A DNA stretch of 64,000 nt from assembly GCF_006345805.1 (NCBI RefSeq), contig NC_043004.1, positions 77,500,001 to 77,564,000 of the forward strand. Direction: 5' to 3'. Shown here piece after piece: positions 1 to 13,274 of the stretch; position 1 is the first letter of the stretch; each line of letters starts with the position of its first letter. Origin of the DNA: Octopus sinensis (taxonomy: Eukaryota). The position numbers and the translations under genes were made by a program. The notes under the pieces are model-generated. The model was not told the origin of the DNA and made no database searches. It saw only the letters and a list, made by a program, of their open reading frames with translations.

Positions 1-322
1 AAGACATTCAAATGCATGGCTAGAAAGTGCTGCTATACCCGCCATACTCTAATTTGGCACCAACAGATTTCCACCTCTTTCAAATGCTATGCACAGAGTT
101 TCGTTCAATACTGATGCCGAATTGAGAGCTTGGTTGGATCAATTTTTCGAGTCGAAATCAGGGGACTTCTACCAACGAGGTAATGAAAATCTTGTTGAAC
201 GTTGGGAAGAAGTTGTAAACAACAAGGGTGAATACATTATTGATTAATTAGTTGTTATTTTTTTTTTATTAAACCTTTTAAAAATTTTTTTAAAAACGGC
301 GGGAACTTAGTTGTCAACCCAA
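1..322 (+). mobile_element. Tc1/mariner transposon remnant: transposase C-terminus plus right TIR
   Basis: Translates as VLLYPPYS.LAPTDFHLF and then NAMHRVSFNTDAELRAWLDQFFESKSGDFYQRGNENLVERWEEVVNNKGEYIID* (stop 245-247), matching the mariner YSPDLAP motif and C-terminus with small deletions. Ends in ...AACTTAGTTGTCAACCCAA followed by TA (323-324). Confidence 0.9.
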
Positions 323-589
323 TAGATGAAATATTTGGAACAGAGAAGTAGCACATTGATTTTCTGAGAGGCAATAGATACTCCAAAAGAGTACTCTGCA
401 AAAATTGTACTCCTGAAACAAAACATTTGGATAACAAATCAGTTGGAAATTCTCTATTGAACAATATCAAATTAAAGAATCAAAGATCTAATTTCTAACT
501 GAAAACTAAACTATCAAATGAAAGAATAGCACATACATGAGATCAAATTTATTGTTTCAGATTTCACAAAATTGTACACCAAAATTGTG

Positions 590-950
590 CACCATCTGGG
601 CGTGATCGTTACCAGAGCGGCTATCTGACCTCCATGCCGGTGGCACGTAAAAAACACCATTCGAGCGTGATCATTACCAGCATCGTCTTACTGGCACCTG
701 TGCCGGTGGCATGTGTAAAAGATTCGAGCGAGGTCGTTGCCAGTACCGTCTGACTGGCCCCATGCCAGTGGCACATAAAAGCACCCACTACACTCTCGGA
801 GTGATTGGCATTAGGAAGGGCATCCAGCTGTAGAAACTCTGCCAGATCAAGGTTGAAGCCTGGTGCAGCCATCTGGTTTACCAGCCCTCAGTCATTCGTC
901 CAACCCATGCTAGCATGGAAAGCAGACGTTAAACGAAGATGATGATGATG
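590..950 (+). mobile_element. RTE-LINE 3' end fragment with (GAT)n tail
   Basis: Family motif ...ggcacgtaaaaagcacccactacactctcggagtggttggcattaggaagggcatccagctgtagaaac...ccaacccatgctagcatggaaagcagacgttaaacg(gat)n. The same sequence follows an RTE ORF2 stop codon at 45240-45680 and 41335-42035. Confidence 0.85.
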
Positions 951-1734
951 CACCAAATTAAGGAATACAATCAAACATTTTTATATTCACTTCTCTACAA
1001 AGACCTTGTATATTAAGTTTTCATACTGCTTACAAATGAAGGATCCTTTTGGTTTCATATATACATTTGACATACTTTATCACAATAGATCCTTTAAAAT
1101 TTTTCTTTATAAGTCACAACTGTCTAAAAGCTTCTCTACCACTTCAAATAATTCATCATACTAAAAACATTCTTACATTTTTTATGAGTACAGTTTGAAC
1201 TGTAAATACACTTTCAACTGTATATTTACTGATTCCTAGTCCACCTATCAGTATAACTACCCACTACAGTAATATAAATTTCCTTTTTCATATGTCCTAT
1301 AGCATATTCTACACTGCTCTATAATGGCTGTCCATTATACTCTGACAATTATAAACAGCAGATTTATTTACTGAAGTGTTATATTAAAAATAATTCAATG
1401 TTGAGAAATCAAAATATTCCAAATAAATCTTTGACATTCATAATACTAATGATGATGTATTTATATAAGAATGAGAAAATAAGGAATCTAACAATCATGT
1501 GGCATCATTAATAAAAAATATTGTACCACCAATGTTGTAGAAGACACAGGAACAAGTGATGAAGGTTGATGTCAAAAGGCTAACATTATGAAAAATATGA
1601 TTAAGAATCACAAGAGACAAGATTCTGTACTGAAGAAGGCCTGTCCAGCCCATGTAAGCATGGAAAACAGTCATGAAGATAATGATGGTGAAATTATTTT
1701 TTTCCATGTTACAAAGAACATTTATTTCATATTT

Positions 1735-2125
1735 ATTACTCTCTTTTACTCTTTTACATGTTTCAGTCATTTGACTGCGGCCATACTGGAGCACCGCCTT
1801 TAGTCGAGCAAATCGACCCCGGGACTTATTCTTTGTAAGCCCAGTACTTATTCTATCGGTCTCTTTTGCCGAACCGCTAAGTGACGGGGACGTAAACACA
1901 CCAGCATCGGTTGTTAAGCAATGCTAGGGGTACAAATACATACACACATATACATATATATACATATATACGACAGGCTTCTTTCAGTTTCCGTCTACCA
2001 AATCCACTCACAAGGCATTGGTCGGCCCGGGGCTATAGCAGAAGACACTTGCCCAAGATGCCACGCAGTGGGACTGAACCCGGAACCATGTGGTTGGTTA
2101 GCAAGCTACTTATCACACAGCCTAT
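1735..2125 (-). mobile_element. tRNA-headed SINE, family 1 (gcaggagtggctgtgtggtaag head, internal (CA/TA)n)
   Basis: About 390 bp with A/B-box-like head (ggttcagtcc). Further copies at 7030-7412(-), 7999-8385(+), 14305-14530(-), 26225-26590(-), 28011-28275(+), 37590-37978(-) and 50720-51090(+). Confidence 0.85.
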
Positions 2126-2301
2126 TGTTGAAAATTTCATAGAAATTTTGAGAAAATTTACCACATACAACATTCAATTTTGGTTCATAGCTTTAAAGGC
2201 CTATAGAATTAGGATTTTACATGGAACAAGCAGTTTTTTTTTTTTTTATAAATTCAAATCAATGTCTTTATAACTCCAATAAAAATAGTTGATTTATTCA
2301 C

Positions 2302-2364
2302 CTTTTCTAGCATTCCAAGCATTCCATTTAGCCCTAGCTTTCATGTTCAAAATGCCAGGTTCAT
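2302..2364 (-). CDS. DBI: ACBP exon 3 (63 nt)
   Basis: ttgcag|AT GAA CCT ... AGA AAA G|gtgaat; (D)[20 protein letters not shown](G). Confidence 0.93.
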
Positions 2365-5300
2365 CTGCAAGAAAAAAGAAAATAATAAAGAGAAATTGGT
2401 TACTAAAGAAAGCATCAATCTGTCTAGTTTGATACTATATTATAAAACATTACAAAATTTATATTTCATCCAAAGTTTATTAACAATTTCAAAATTTAAT
2501 TTCTTGAAGGTAAAATAAAACCTAAAACTCTTATTTTTAAAATTTCACAAAAGGTGCCACACACTCTGAACAAGAGAGAATAACTCCTGAGTTCCTCTAT
2601 TACCACCACTTTACTTGTTCACACCTGGCTACTCATGGACACCAACAGATTTCGTTACCACATCATCAAAGGAGATGAAAAATTGTATCATTAGGGACAG
2701 GTGTGGCAACATGCACAAGAGCAAGAGAAGCTAGGTTGGTACCAGGAGTGGAGAAGAAGCTACAGACTAAAAAAATTGTTAAGGTTATGGGCATGTTTGA
2801 AGGAGGAAGGGGGGGTAAAAAAAGATGTAGGAGATAGAGGGAATCAGATTGGATTTGGCAGAAAACCTGAAGAATGGTGAATTTGAGGGGTAGTAGGTAA
2901 AGGGGAAACAGAGGCAGGTAAAGGTAAGGTAGGTGCAGAGAGAGTCAATGCATGGTCAACAGACTGGGCACAGGCAAGGGCAGTTTGAGGAGTATTCCTG
3001 TAGAGTGAAATTGTAAGCCATGAGTTGGGACCTGTGTCTTGAAGTCATGGTCATCACAGCAAAGACAGAGGACAGATGGACAGTTTGGTATGGGTAGGGT
3101 GAAGGATAGAGAGGTTGAGATATGGGGAAGGGGTAGTGGAGGCAGTGGTAAACAGGGAGAGAGGAAGAAGTGGTAAGTGGAGTGTCAGCTGCAGGGGAGA
3201 GAACAAGGGTGGGAGCAGTGGACGGATTGGGTTAGAGAGAGTGGAGAAAGGGTGGGTGTAGGGGCATCAGGTAGGACAGGATGAAAGAGTGTTAGAAATT
3301 TGTAGTGTTTAGTGCAAGCAAGAGAAGTTGTGGAAAAGGTGGTTGAGGTAGAGTGTGCAACAAAGCGGGTGCAGCAATGTGTGTGTGTGTGCATTTGTTT
3401 GTGTCTGTATTTGTGTATTTATGTTTACTAGTGTGGCCAGTTCCATGTATTATTCAAAAGTAATCAGTTAAAAAAGTACTAGACTAAACTAGAAATTAGA
3501 ACAATATAATCAACTAAAATTTCTTAGTAGACAGTGCTCCAAACACTGAAACCAATAAATGATTAAAAGAAAATATGAATTGAAGTTGACAATAATTGGA
3601 GTAAAAGTTCAAATACAATCAGCAAAGCATGATTAAAAATTGAACTCTTTATATCACTAATGTTAGGAAATGTTCAATCCTCTAAACATATTTGTTTTAG
3701 AGTTAATCAATAAATTGATCAGTGACTTTTAAATGATTTAGTGGCAAGGAAATAACATTGAATAAGTTCAACAGAAATATTAGAAATGTAACAAAAAGTA
3801 TATAATGGAGAAATCACAAGTCACCCGGGAATGTGAATGGCATAAAGAGTTGAGTGAAAAAAAATGATGCCCAAGTAACATTAATAATTGAAAATCCTGT
3901 GTTGCATCAGTGTAACATGGGAGGTTTTAATGAGGATCAGCCTCAAGATTGTTGTTGAAAATAATATCTTAAAATAAGTTGTATTTTTTATGACATGGAA
4001 AGATTTCAAGTGGAGAGAAAAAGCAATAAGCAGATTTGTCCAATCCAACAAGTTCAAATTGACAATGGATATATGGCTAAAGGAGTACTTTTCTTATGTA
4101 ACTAATGATTCCATTTTACACTTTACCAAAAATGTTATCACTAATAATAATCACCTATGTTATTATCACCAACTGTAGCTTGTTTGTAGAGAGAATATAA
4201 TTCCAACAACTCATCATTTGATGGAGTTGTACTCAGCGCCTTCGCCTCTTCAGCAGCTTTTGTGAATTCCTACAAAAAAAAATTTTTTATTAGAAATAAC
4301 AATACTATTTTATTTCTTACCAGCAAAAAAAAATCTAACAATAATGGAAATTATAAAATGCTAATCAATTTCAATTAAAACAACAGTCAATTTAAGCAGA
4401 TATTACAATATATACCTTATTCTGTGCAAAGTTTTTTTTATTTGTATTACAGAATTAAAAATTTTTTTTATCAAAAAATTACTTTTTCAAGTATTTGTTA
4501 AAATCAAATTTCATTTTGTTGCAAGATTAGGTAACCCTAATATTTATTGTACAATATTAAGAAAGAAAAAAAAATTTGCAAAAAATATAATTTTCATTTC
4601 CGAATGCTTTCTTCTTTGATTTCTCAGCATGTTTACAGTACTTCACATTCAGCTATAGCAGGTTTCAATACCATATTCCTATATGATATACACAATATTT
4701 CCAGATTTTTAAACCAAAAAATTCTGGGTGCAAGAAAACTAAACATTATCCATTTTCCCAGTTCAGGATGTCATACATCATATTTTCTATTCAAGCTAAC
4801 TTACGAGTAAATGAAATATTTAATCCATTAAATGTTTGTCCTATTTCTTAAATGTTTTGATTAGATTGTAGCACTCAAAGCTGGTTAGCATTTTATTAAG
4901 ACATCAAAACAAATCAGAAGCAAAATAAAAACAGCAAAATGACAAAATATACATAGTTTCTGTTTGAGGCCATTCAGTCAATATGTCATTTAATATACGT
5001 GCAATATATATCATTTATTGATGCCAGCGCTGCCTTGACTGGCTTCCGTGTCGGTGGCACGTAAAAAGCACCATCCGAATCGTGGCCGAAGCCAGTGCCG
5101 CCTCGACTGGCTTCCGTGCAGGTGGCACATAAAATGCACCAATCCGACCGTGGCCGATGCCAGCCTCGCCTGGCACCAGTGCAGGTGGCACGTAAAAAGC
5201 ACCCACGACACTCACGGAGTGGTTGGCGTTAGGAAGGGCATCCAACTGTAGAAACATTGCCAGATAAGACCAGAGCCTGGTGCAGCCTTCTGGCTTCCCA

Positions 5301-8300
5301 GATCCCTGGTCGAACCGTCCAACCCAGGCTAGCATGGAGAAAGGACGTTAAACGATGATGATGATGATGTTAACATTCTTTAACAATATATACATTTTAT
5401 ATAATAGTATTGAATTTTATTAAACAATTCTAACATTATATTAATTGATGTCGGCTTCTGTGCCAGTGGCACATAAAAAGGGCACCATTTGAGTATGATC
5501 GTTACCAGCATTGCCTTACTGGCACTTGTGCATGTGCTAGTAGGGTGCCAAGAGCACCATCCGAGCATGATCACTGCCAGAGCAGCCAACTGGCTTCCGT
5601 ACCCGTGGCACGTAAAAGGACACCATTCGAGCATGATTGTTACCAACGTCGCTTCACTGGCACCTGTGCTGGTTGCACGTGTAAAAGATTCGAGCAAGGT
5701 TATTGCCAGTACCACCTGACTGGCCCTGTGCCGGTGGCACGTAAAAAGCACCCACTACACTCTCGGAGTGGTTGGCATTAGGCAGGGCATCCAGATGTAG
5801 AAACTCCGCAGATCAAGATTGGAGCTTGGTGCAGCCATCTCGTTCACCAGCCCTCAGTCAAAATCGTCCAACCCATGCTAGCATGGAAAGCGGACGCTAA
5901 ACGATGATGATGATGTAATTAAGAACAAAAGAAAAATTGCCAGATCTTACATGTCAGATATTCAAAGCATAAAAACACCAGGCCTTTTTCTTTTTAAAAA
6001 AAAATTACTTGATAAGAAAAATAAGAGAATTTTTTTTTTTTTTAGAAAATTCTTACTGAAACATGTTCTCTTGTGGTAACATCATCAACATATAAATTCT
6101 GTTTTCCATGCTGGCCTGGGTTGAACGATTTGACAGAAACTGCCTAGCTGAAGAGCTGTCCAGGTTCCATGTCTGTTTTGATATCGTTTCTATGGCTAGA
6201 TGCCTTTCTTAACAGCAACCACTTTACAGAGTGTACAAAGGGTGCTTTTACACAACACCAGCACCCAGGGGACATGCTAGTATGCAAGGACAACCACAAT
6301 TTTACTGATCTTGATGTGTCTTCTCAAGCACAGCAAACCACCAAAACTAAATGTATACATCATTAAAAACAAACCAATTTTCTAAGGATAAAAAGCATAG
6401 TTATGTTAACTTTATACAATTATTCTTCTACTTCCAATTCCATTTAAGTTCAAAGACATCATTTTAGAAAAAAATAAACAAAAATACATATATTCATTTG
6501 AAATTATCAAAAAAGATTCTCCAATGTTCAAAACTTGGGAATTCAAAACCAGTTTGAAAAAAAATTTTAAAAAACAGACAGTGGTGTATGATTCTGCAAT
6601 TCTGGAACAGTTTGATAATTTAAGAAATTATCTCAGCAATACCATTATAACTAGTTTAATTTTTTTGTTAATCAGTTATCTAAATAATGCATTTTATACA
6701 AGACATTTTTTTGGTATTTCATATCCAATAGTGGTGTGCATTATGATTCATTATAATTATAAATCACAAGTGTATATCATACCTATTTCTTTACTGCCCC
6801 CAAGGGGCTAAACACAGAGAGGACAAACAAGGACAGACAAACGGATTAAGTCGATTAGATCGACCCCAGTGTGTAACTGGTACTTAATTTATTGACCCCG
6901 AAAGGAAGAAAGGCAAAGTCAACCATGGCAGAATTTGAACTCAGAACATAGCGACAGACGAAATACTGCTGAGCATTTCGCCCAGTGTGCTAATGTTTCT
7001 GCCAGCTTGCCGCCTTTATATTATATCTTTTATTTTTTACTCATTTCAATCACTGGACTGTAGCCATGCCAGAGCACCACCGTGAAGAGTTTAGACAAAC
7101 AAATCAACCCCGGAGCTTATTATTTTTAAGTTTAGTATTCTACTGGTCTCTTTTGCTGAACTACTAACTTACAAGGATGTTTACAAACAAACATCAGTTC
7201 TAAAGCAGCAGTAGGAGACAAACACACACTCACACACACAATAGGTTTCTTTCAGTTTCTATCTACCAAATTCACTCACAAGGTTTTGGTCACCCAGGAG
7301 TTATAATAGAAGATAATAGAAGACACTTTCCCCAAGTGCCTCACAGTGGGACTGAACCCAAAACCATGTGGTTGAGAAGTAAACTTCTTTCCACACAGCC
7401 ATGCCTGCACCAATTATGAATGAATAAAAAAAAACCCAATTGTTCTGTCTATTTGTATTTTTCAATCAATTTTATTATCAGTTTTCATTTATACAGTATC
7501 TTTCTCATGCATAGAGCTGCCTTTGTGGAAAGAGAGTGTTTCTAATCTTTCAGTCACAATTAGCCTCCACAGTAAACAGCATTGATTAGACCAAATGTAT
7601 AGCTTATCTCTTAATTGAAATTAATTATCAATGCATTTTGACTTGTCTATCATTAAAGTTATGAAATTAGGTATTTCTTATTAAATAATGCGAATTCTAA
7701 ATGTGGATTAATATTTTGAGAATATTTCAGACTATATAAACTATAATAAATTTTAGCAACCAGCAAGTAAAGTGTGATGAATTTTACCTACTAATCAACT
7801 TTTTTCTAATCATCTTCACCATTCAACATCCACTTTCTTTGCTGGCAGGTGTTGGATGGTTTGACAGAATCCAGTAAGCCACATAAGGCACCAATGTCGG
7901 CTTTGGCATGGTTTTACACCCTCCCTAACACAAACCACTTTACAGAGGGTACTGGATGCTTTGTTTTCATGCTACCAACACTAGTAAGGTTACCAGGTGC
8001 AGGAATGGCTGTGTGGTAAGTAGCTTGGTTCAGTCCCACTGTGTGGCACTTTGGGCGTCTTCTACTATAGCTTCAGACTGACCAAAGCCTTGTGAGTGGA
8101 TTTGGTAGATGGAAACTGAAAGAAGCCCATTGTATATATGTATATATATGCGTGTATGTGCGTGTATATGTTTGTGTGACTGTGTTTGCCCCCCCCCACA
8201 TCGCTTGACAACTGATGCTGGTGTGTTTATGTCCCCATATCTTAGCGGTTCGGCGAAAGAGACCAATAGAATAAATACTAGGCTTACAAAGAATAAGCTC

Positions 8301-11300
8301 TGGGGTCAATTTGCTCAACTAAAGGTGGTGCTCCAACATGGCCACAACCAAATGACTGAAACAAGTAAAAGAATAAAAGAATGTAATTTGCAAGACAGAA
8401 GAAGAGCAGAGAGAGATTTCTAGTTCGTTTTTTAATGCCCCATGCATTAAGTACCTAAAGATATTTCAACACACCACACTTTTATCAAATTAAATTGCTT
8501 AAAACTACTGCCAACTCCCACATTCAAACTGTACCGAATCTTTCTGAACATCAGGATAAGGTCATGAAACAACAATTAAAAAAATTTTTTTGTTTTTCAT
8601 CATCATTTAACATCCATCCTCCATTCTGGCCTAGATTGGATAATTTTCAAAAACTATCAAGACAGAGGACAACAAATGCTACTGTTTATTACCATTATAT
8701 AATGCTGTGTTTGTTTGCTAATGACTTTTGTCACACACTGTGCAGAAATAAAAACCTACAGTGATCTATTACACAAACTGGGACAAAGCAAATGACATTC
8801 CAAGATTTATAAGAAAAATGTGTTGCCCATCTCCTACATATTTTCAGCACTGTATTAATCCATATCAAATATGCTAGATTTCACTCCCCACAGTATATTC
8901 TGGCCTAAAGTTGAAGCTGAACTAACTAAATTCGAATACTTTAAATGTTCAGTGAACATATCAGAGACAATAAAGTAAAATTCAAGGAGACTATTGTGAT
9001 ACTAATGATAAAAGGTAGATCATAGGTCAAAATAGTAATGCGCATAATGGTGATGATTTCATGAATGAAGTACTCTTTAAATGTAACCACACTAACCTAC
9101 ATAGATATTATAATTATGAGAAGATAAGATTTGATATGTACATAATCTTAATCTACACGTAGCTTTAGAACAATATGTAATTTCAAGTTATTTTAATCAC
9201 ACTATTCTATTTGAATTTGGCAGAGAGGCTCATGTTTAGAAAAGAAGATGTCCATGTTACTCCAAGAAAGTAAAACTAATGACAGGTAAAATAGTTGCAA
9301 AAAAGAATTGAAACTCAACAGCAGATTTGGCTCACAGGTGGTAGCTACCAGCACAAGTGTAGTTAAAATCTATTTCCAAAATTAAGGTTTCTCCAATGAT
9401 TGTTAAAGCTTTATGAACACTTACTCTCCTTCTCCATAAGTGACCAGAAAAGCAAAGGTGAACAACTTTAGGGTTTATTATGAAAGATAAGAGCCAAAAT
9501 GTTTGTGGTAAATTTAGATAAATAAAAATAATTCAAGATACAAATTTAAATTATTTCATTATTAAAATAAAGCCTTTGCAATTAACGTAATGCTAAAAAT
9601 TTTTATAAAAGAAAATAGTTAAAATTTCCTTATCCAAAAACATCTGGATTATATTATTTCCTCAGAAGAACTATGAATGAAGTACAAAAGAAGGTTTTGG
9701 GAATGAAGCGTGAGGTGGCACAATCTACAGAGAACCCTATGAAGTGCAAAACATCACGTTATTCATATGCAGTGTTGATACCCAGAGTAATATGAATTTG
9801 CCACTTGAATATAAAAAAAAACTGATAGTTTTAAATAGAAATATACAGTTTTCCAAATGACATTAAGTTCCACAAACATTGATTGGCATCAATCATAATT
9901 TACGAGGAACAGGTCAACAGCAATCACCAACTCAATGGGGACACTGAATTTATTGGTGTCAAAAGATTTCCAGTTGTTGAACAGAATGAATTATAGGTAT
10001 GTATGTGTGTGTGTGTGTGCATACATGTATCTACATACATGCATTTGAATATCCTTGTGTGTGTGTGTGAGTGAGTGTCATCATCATCGTTTAACGTCCA
10101 CTTTCCATGCTAGCATGGGTTGGACGAATGACTGAGGGCTGGAGAACCAGGCTTCAATCTTGATCTGGCAGAGTTTCTATGGCTGGATGCCCTTCCTAAC
10201 GCCAACCACTCCGAGAGTGTAGTGGGTGCTTTTACATGCCACTGGCACAGGACCAGTCAGGCGGCACTGGCAACGACCTCGCTCAAATTTTTTACACATG
10301 CCGCCGGCACAGGTGCCAGTAAGGTGATGCTGGTAATGATCACACTCGAATGGTGTTTTTTATGTGCCACCGGCATGGAGGCCAGATAGCCGCTCTGGCA
10401 ACAATCATGCTCGAATGGCACTCTTAATACCCTACCAGCATGGGGCTCGAGTGCCAATAGTGCGACGCTGGTAACGATCATGCTCGAATGGTGCCTTTTA
10501 AGTGCCACTGGCACGGAAGCCGATTAGCCACTCTGTCAATGATCACACTCGTATGGTGCTCTGTTTATATATATATATATAGTTGAACACCCCAAAACCT
10601 GCATAAATGCAAGACACTCATATAAGGGCCGGTTTCCTTGACGTATATGTTCCCCACCTGAATGGGACACTGGTCTGTCACAGATGAGCTGCAAGATGCA
10701 GGAGGAAAGAGTGAGAGAAAGTTGTGGCGAAAGGGTCAGCAGAAGTTCGCCATTACCTTCTGCTGGAGCCGCGTGGAGCTTAGGTGTTTTTGCTCATAAA
10801 TACACACATCGCCCGGTCTGAGATTCGAACCCGCAATTCCTCGACTGCGAGTCCACTGCTGTAACTACTAGGCCATGTGCCTCCACTCATATAAGGTTAA
10901 CAATCAGTGTCCAGTAGATGGTCAATGCAACACTGAGGCGGTGGTCTATGAAGCAGGAACAAAAGGAGACATACACAGAAATATACTGGAGCACCAGATG
11001 ACCGGGCTAAATAACCATTGGTCCTCTTTTAGGATCCCAGAGATGTACAAAGTTACATGTAGCAATTAAAAGAAGAGGGAACGCCACACAGAATTAACTG
11101 CAAGCAACTAGAACAATCTGGATGTACATGTATATGAAAGATAATGCATGTGTGAGAGAGGAGTGAGTGTCACACATACATGCAAAAATATAATACATGA
11201 CAACACACACCGTCACTCACTCGCTTTCACACGCGCGCGCACACACACGTCCATCTTTCACATTCTCCTCTCAACTTCAATGCAACTTCACTTTCTCCTC

Positions 11301-12913
11301 ACCTTCCAAAGAGGAGTAAAGAAATAAAATCTTTTTACAGAAATTAACGAAAACAGCTGTGATTTTTAACAAGTCTGCTGCTACAATCGAAGGAATGCCA
11401 AAATTTTAACATTTAGCGAAATTTCGTCCGGTTTTATGTCCTGAGGTCGACTTTGTCTTTCATTTTTTTCGGTTTCGATGAAATACCAGTTGAGTATTGA
11501 GGTCGATGTAATCGACTTACCCCGCCCTCAAAAGGTTTAAACTCCAGTTTCTGACCCGGGCAAAAAAAATGTTCGTTTACCACATATTTGTTTTTACACC
11601 TATTATACTATTTTTCCTTTTTTTTTTTCCCGGGTCAGAAACTGGAATTTAACCCCTCAAAAATGTTAAGCCTTGTGCCTATAGTCGAAAGGATTAATTA
11701 GTTTACGTTATTCAGAAAAACCAAGTTAGATTTTCTATTTTTTTAATTACGCCGCTTTCCTCTTATTCACCAAATGATGAATGTTTTGACAAGTAAAAAC
11801 CGTTAAACGAAGTGGGGACAGGTTTTTGTTAATTAACAAAATTATAAATAAGAGATAAGATAAAATTGCTCAAGCTTTCCATATCTAATTAAATGTTCCA
11901 ATCCAACCAGGGATAGCTGTTGATTAGTTAGATTCTGTCGCAACTAAATACGAGCAACCAACGGGTGGAATTTTAGGGTAGCTATTCCTGAAAGCCTCAT
12001 GCTGCTTGGAATAGCAAAAGGGTGGGGTTTTTCTTTCAAATTTCAGAATTCATATTTTCCAACCAACGGGAATTAGAAATATGAGAGATTTCATCGATCC
12101 TTCGATGTGAGCACCATAGAAGGATCGCCGAGATTTCTTTTCCAAACATTTCAATTTTTAAAAATTTTTACCACCACCCCCTTAATTTTATGCACTTTTT
12201 CTTCTCCGTGAGGCAGGGGCATCTATTCAAAAACTCCACCCAACAATGCAATCGTTAGAAGCTTTTTCTTTGTATCTATTTCAAAGGAAATAAGGTATCG
12301 GTTTTGTTTGAATAAACGTGTTCTAATCCAGAGAAACATGAAGATATGAGGTATAAAAAGGAAACTATACAAGATGGCGAAATGGGTAAATTATAATAAT
12401 GTCATTGTGTCGGCCGAACGGGGCATTTAGAAACAAAAGACAGAGGCTTGGGAGCAAGTTTTACTTTGAAGGGAATAGAGATCGGACATGATTTAACTTG
12501 ACTCGTCTATTTTTACTGTTAAAACACGGATGAGATTGAAGAGATAATACATCAAAGAAAATGAAATGTTTTACTACATCGATGTCAAATGAAGTTAGAA
12601 TTAATGGAACAACCAGGAAGATCTCTCTTAAATACACACACACACCTCTTTAAATCTACTGAAATCAATACCACATCTCACCGGCCTCCTCGCTCAAAGT
12701 TATCAGTCATCTTAATTCATTTACCAACTGCAATAGACACCCGTCTCCTCGGCATTGTCTTTTCTCTAAACATGTGGCTTTACATCGGCCACGCTACATT
12801 AAATGAAACATGTCGAATTTCGGTTATATTTAGTTTGTAATTAACAATGGTTTAAATAAATAAAAGAGAGAAAATACCAGAGGGCAGGACATGAAATCAC
12901 TTACCGCTGACAT
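2302..12913 (-). CDS. DBI: Acyl-CoA-binding protein / diazepam-binding inhibitor, exons 1-3; last coding exon not found in window
   Basis: Spliced translation MSA|[38 protein letters not shown]|[22 protein letters not shown] has the ACBP motifs [10 protein letters not shown] and K..AKW.AW. The exon pattern (9, 115, 63 nt; phases 0, 1, 1) parallels vertebrate DBI. Confidence 0.95.
4155..4269 (-). CDS. DBI: ACBP exon 2 (115 nt)
   Basis: tttgtag|GAA TTC ACA ... AAC ATA G|gtgatt; [38 protein letters not shown]. Confidence 0.95.
5010..5915 (+). mobile_element. Two tandem RTE-LINE 3' end fragments (5010-5370, 5440-5915)
   Basis: Same family as 590-950; each ends in ttaaacgatgatgatg. Confidence 0.85.
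6780..7015 (-). mobile_element. tRNA-headed SINE, family 2 (ggcggtgagctggcagaa head)
   Basis: About 240 bp with B-box-like gagttcaaattcc and central gcctttcatcctttcggggtcgataaattaagtaccag. Copies at 14520-14760(-), 20410-20670(-), 22530-22948(-, tandem), 34570-34760(-), 46978-47185(+) and 58835-59065(+), with a fragment at 11420-11525. Confidence 0.85.
7030..7412 (-). mobile_element. SINE family 1 copy (diverged)
   Basis: Alignable by eye to 1735-2125. Confidence 0.75.
7999..8385 (+). mobile_element. SINE family 1 copy
   Basis: gcaggaatggctgtgtggtaag ... gactgaaacaagtaaaagaataaaag. Confidence 0.85.
10078..10565 (-). mobile_element. RTE-LINE 3' UTR fragment
   Basis: Begins catcatcatcgtttaacgtcc on +; modular 3' UTR units. 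Confidence 0.85.
10690..10885 (-). mobile_element. tRNA-headed SINE, family 3 (gtggaggcgcaatggcctagtggttag head)
   Basis: A box tggcctagtgg and B box ggttcgaatc. Copies at 19767-20015(+) and 27170-27572(-). Confidence 0.75.
12905..12913 (-). CDS. DBI: ACBP coding exon 1 (ATG TCA GCG)
   Basis: ATGTCAGCG|gtaagt has a consensus donor and phase 0, joining exon 2. A 9-nt first coding exon is typical of ACBP genes. Confidence 0.8.
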
Positions 12914-12999
12914 GATAAAAATCGTGTGGAATGAATTGACAGCTTTACGTTACGAACACAGAATGGGAGCCTCACTCACTCTCTTCCTCCTTTCCCCTC

Positions 13000-13228
13000 C
13001 TACAACTCAACACCATCTGCTACCTCCCTCTCTTTCTCTCTCTACCTCATAGCTAGCTCTCTTTCTCTCTCTCTCTCTCTCTATCTCATAGCTTTCTTCC
13101 TTTTTCTCTCTACCACATAGCTAGCTCTCTTTCTCTCTCTCTCTCTCTCTATCTCATAGCTTTCTTCCTTTCTCTCTCTCTTTCTCTCTACCTCATAGCT
13201 TTCTTTCTTTCTCTCTATCTCTCTCTGC
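13000..13228. repeat. Compound (CT)n/(GA)n tract with a ~55-70 bp internal duplication
   Basis: atagctagctctctctttctctctctctctctctctatctcatagctttcttcctt occurs at about 13048 and 13117, directly upstream of the ACBP start. Confidence 0.9.
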
Positions 13229-13274
13229 TGGAGTAATGAATCAGTTCTTAGGATTCAACACGAAAGTTTTTTAC

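Noticed and set aside
590-950. Many 60-120 aa ORFs of the type [19 protein letters not shown] / [11 protein letters not shown]
   Set aside because: Recurrent translations of the RTE 3' UTR and SINE bodies, not host genes.
1110-1160. Minus-strand acceptor followed by YDELFEVVEKLLDSCDL*, a candidate ACBP last exon
   Set aside because: It is open only in phase 0 while ACBP exon 3 ends in phase 1 (giving V then stop), and it lacks the SKEDAM..Y motif.
2550-3400. Purine/G-skewed tract (also 34970-35200 and 48230-48600): possible Penelope ORF antisense or G-quadruplex region
   Set aside because: Only faint protein-like fragments and no diagnostic motif; treated as decayed repeat or low-complexity DNA.
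9650-10000. Complex, coding-looking sequence in ACBP intron 1
   Set aside because: No sustained ORF, splice-site pair or recognisable motif.
12371-12391. Plus-strand AAGATGGCGAAATGG|gtaaat, a possible first exon MAKW
   Set aside because: No compatible downstream coding exon found. It is equally explained as a YY1-like site in ACBP intron 1, or chance.
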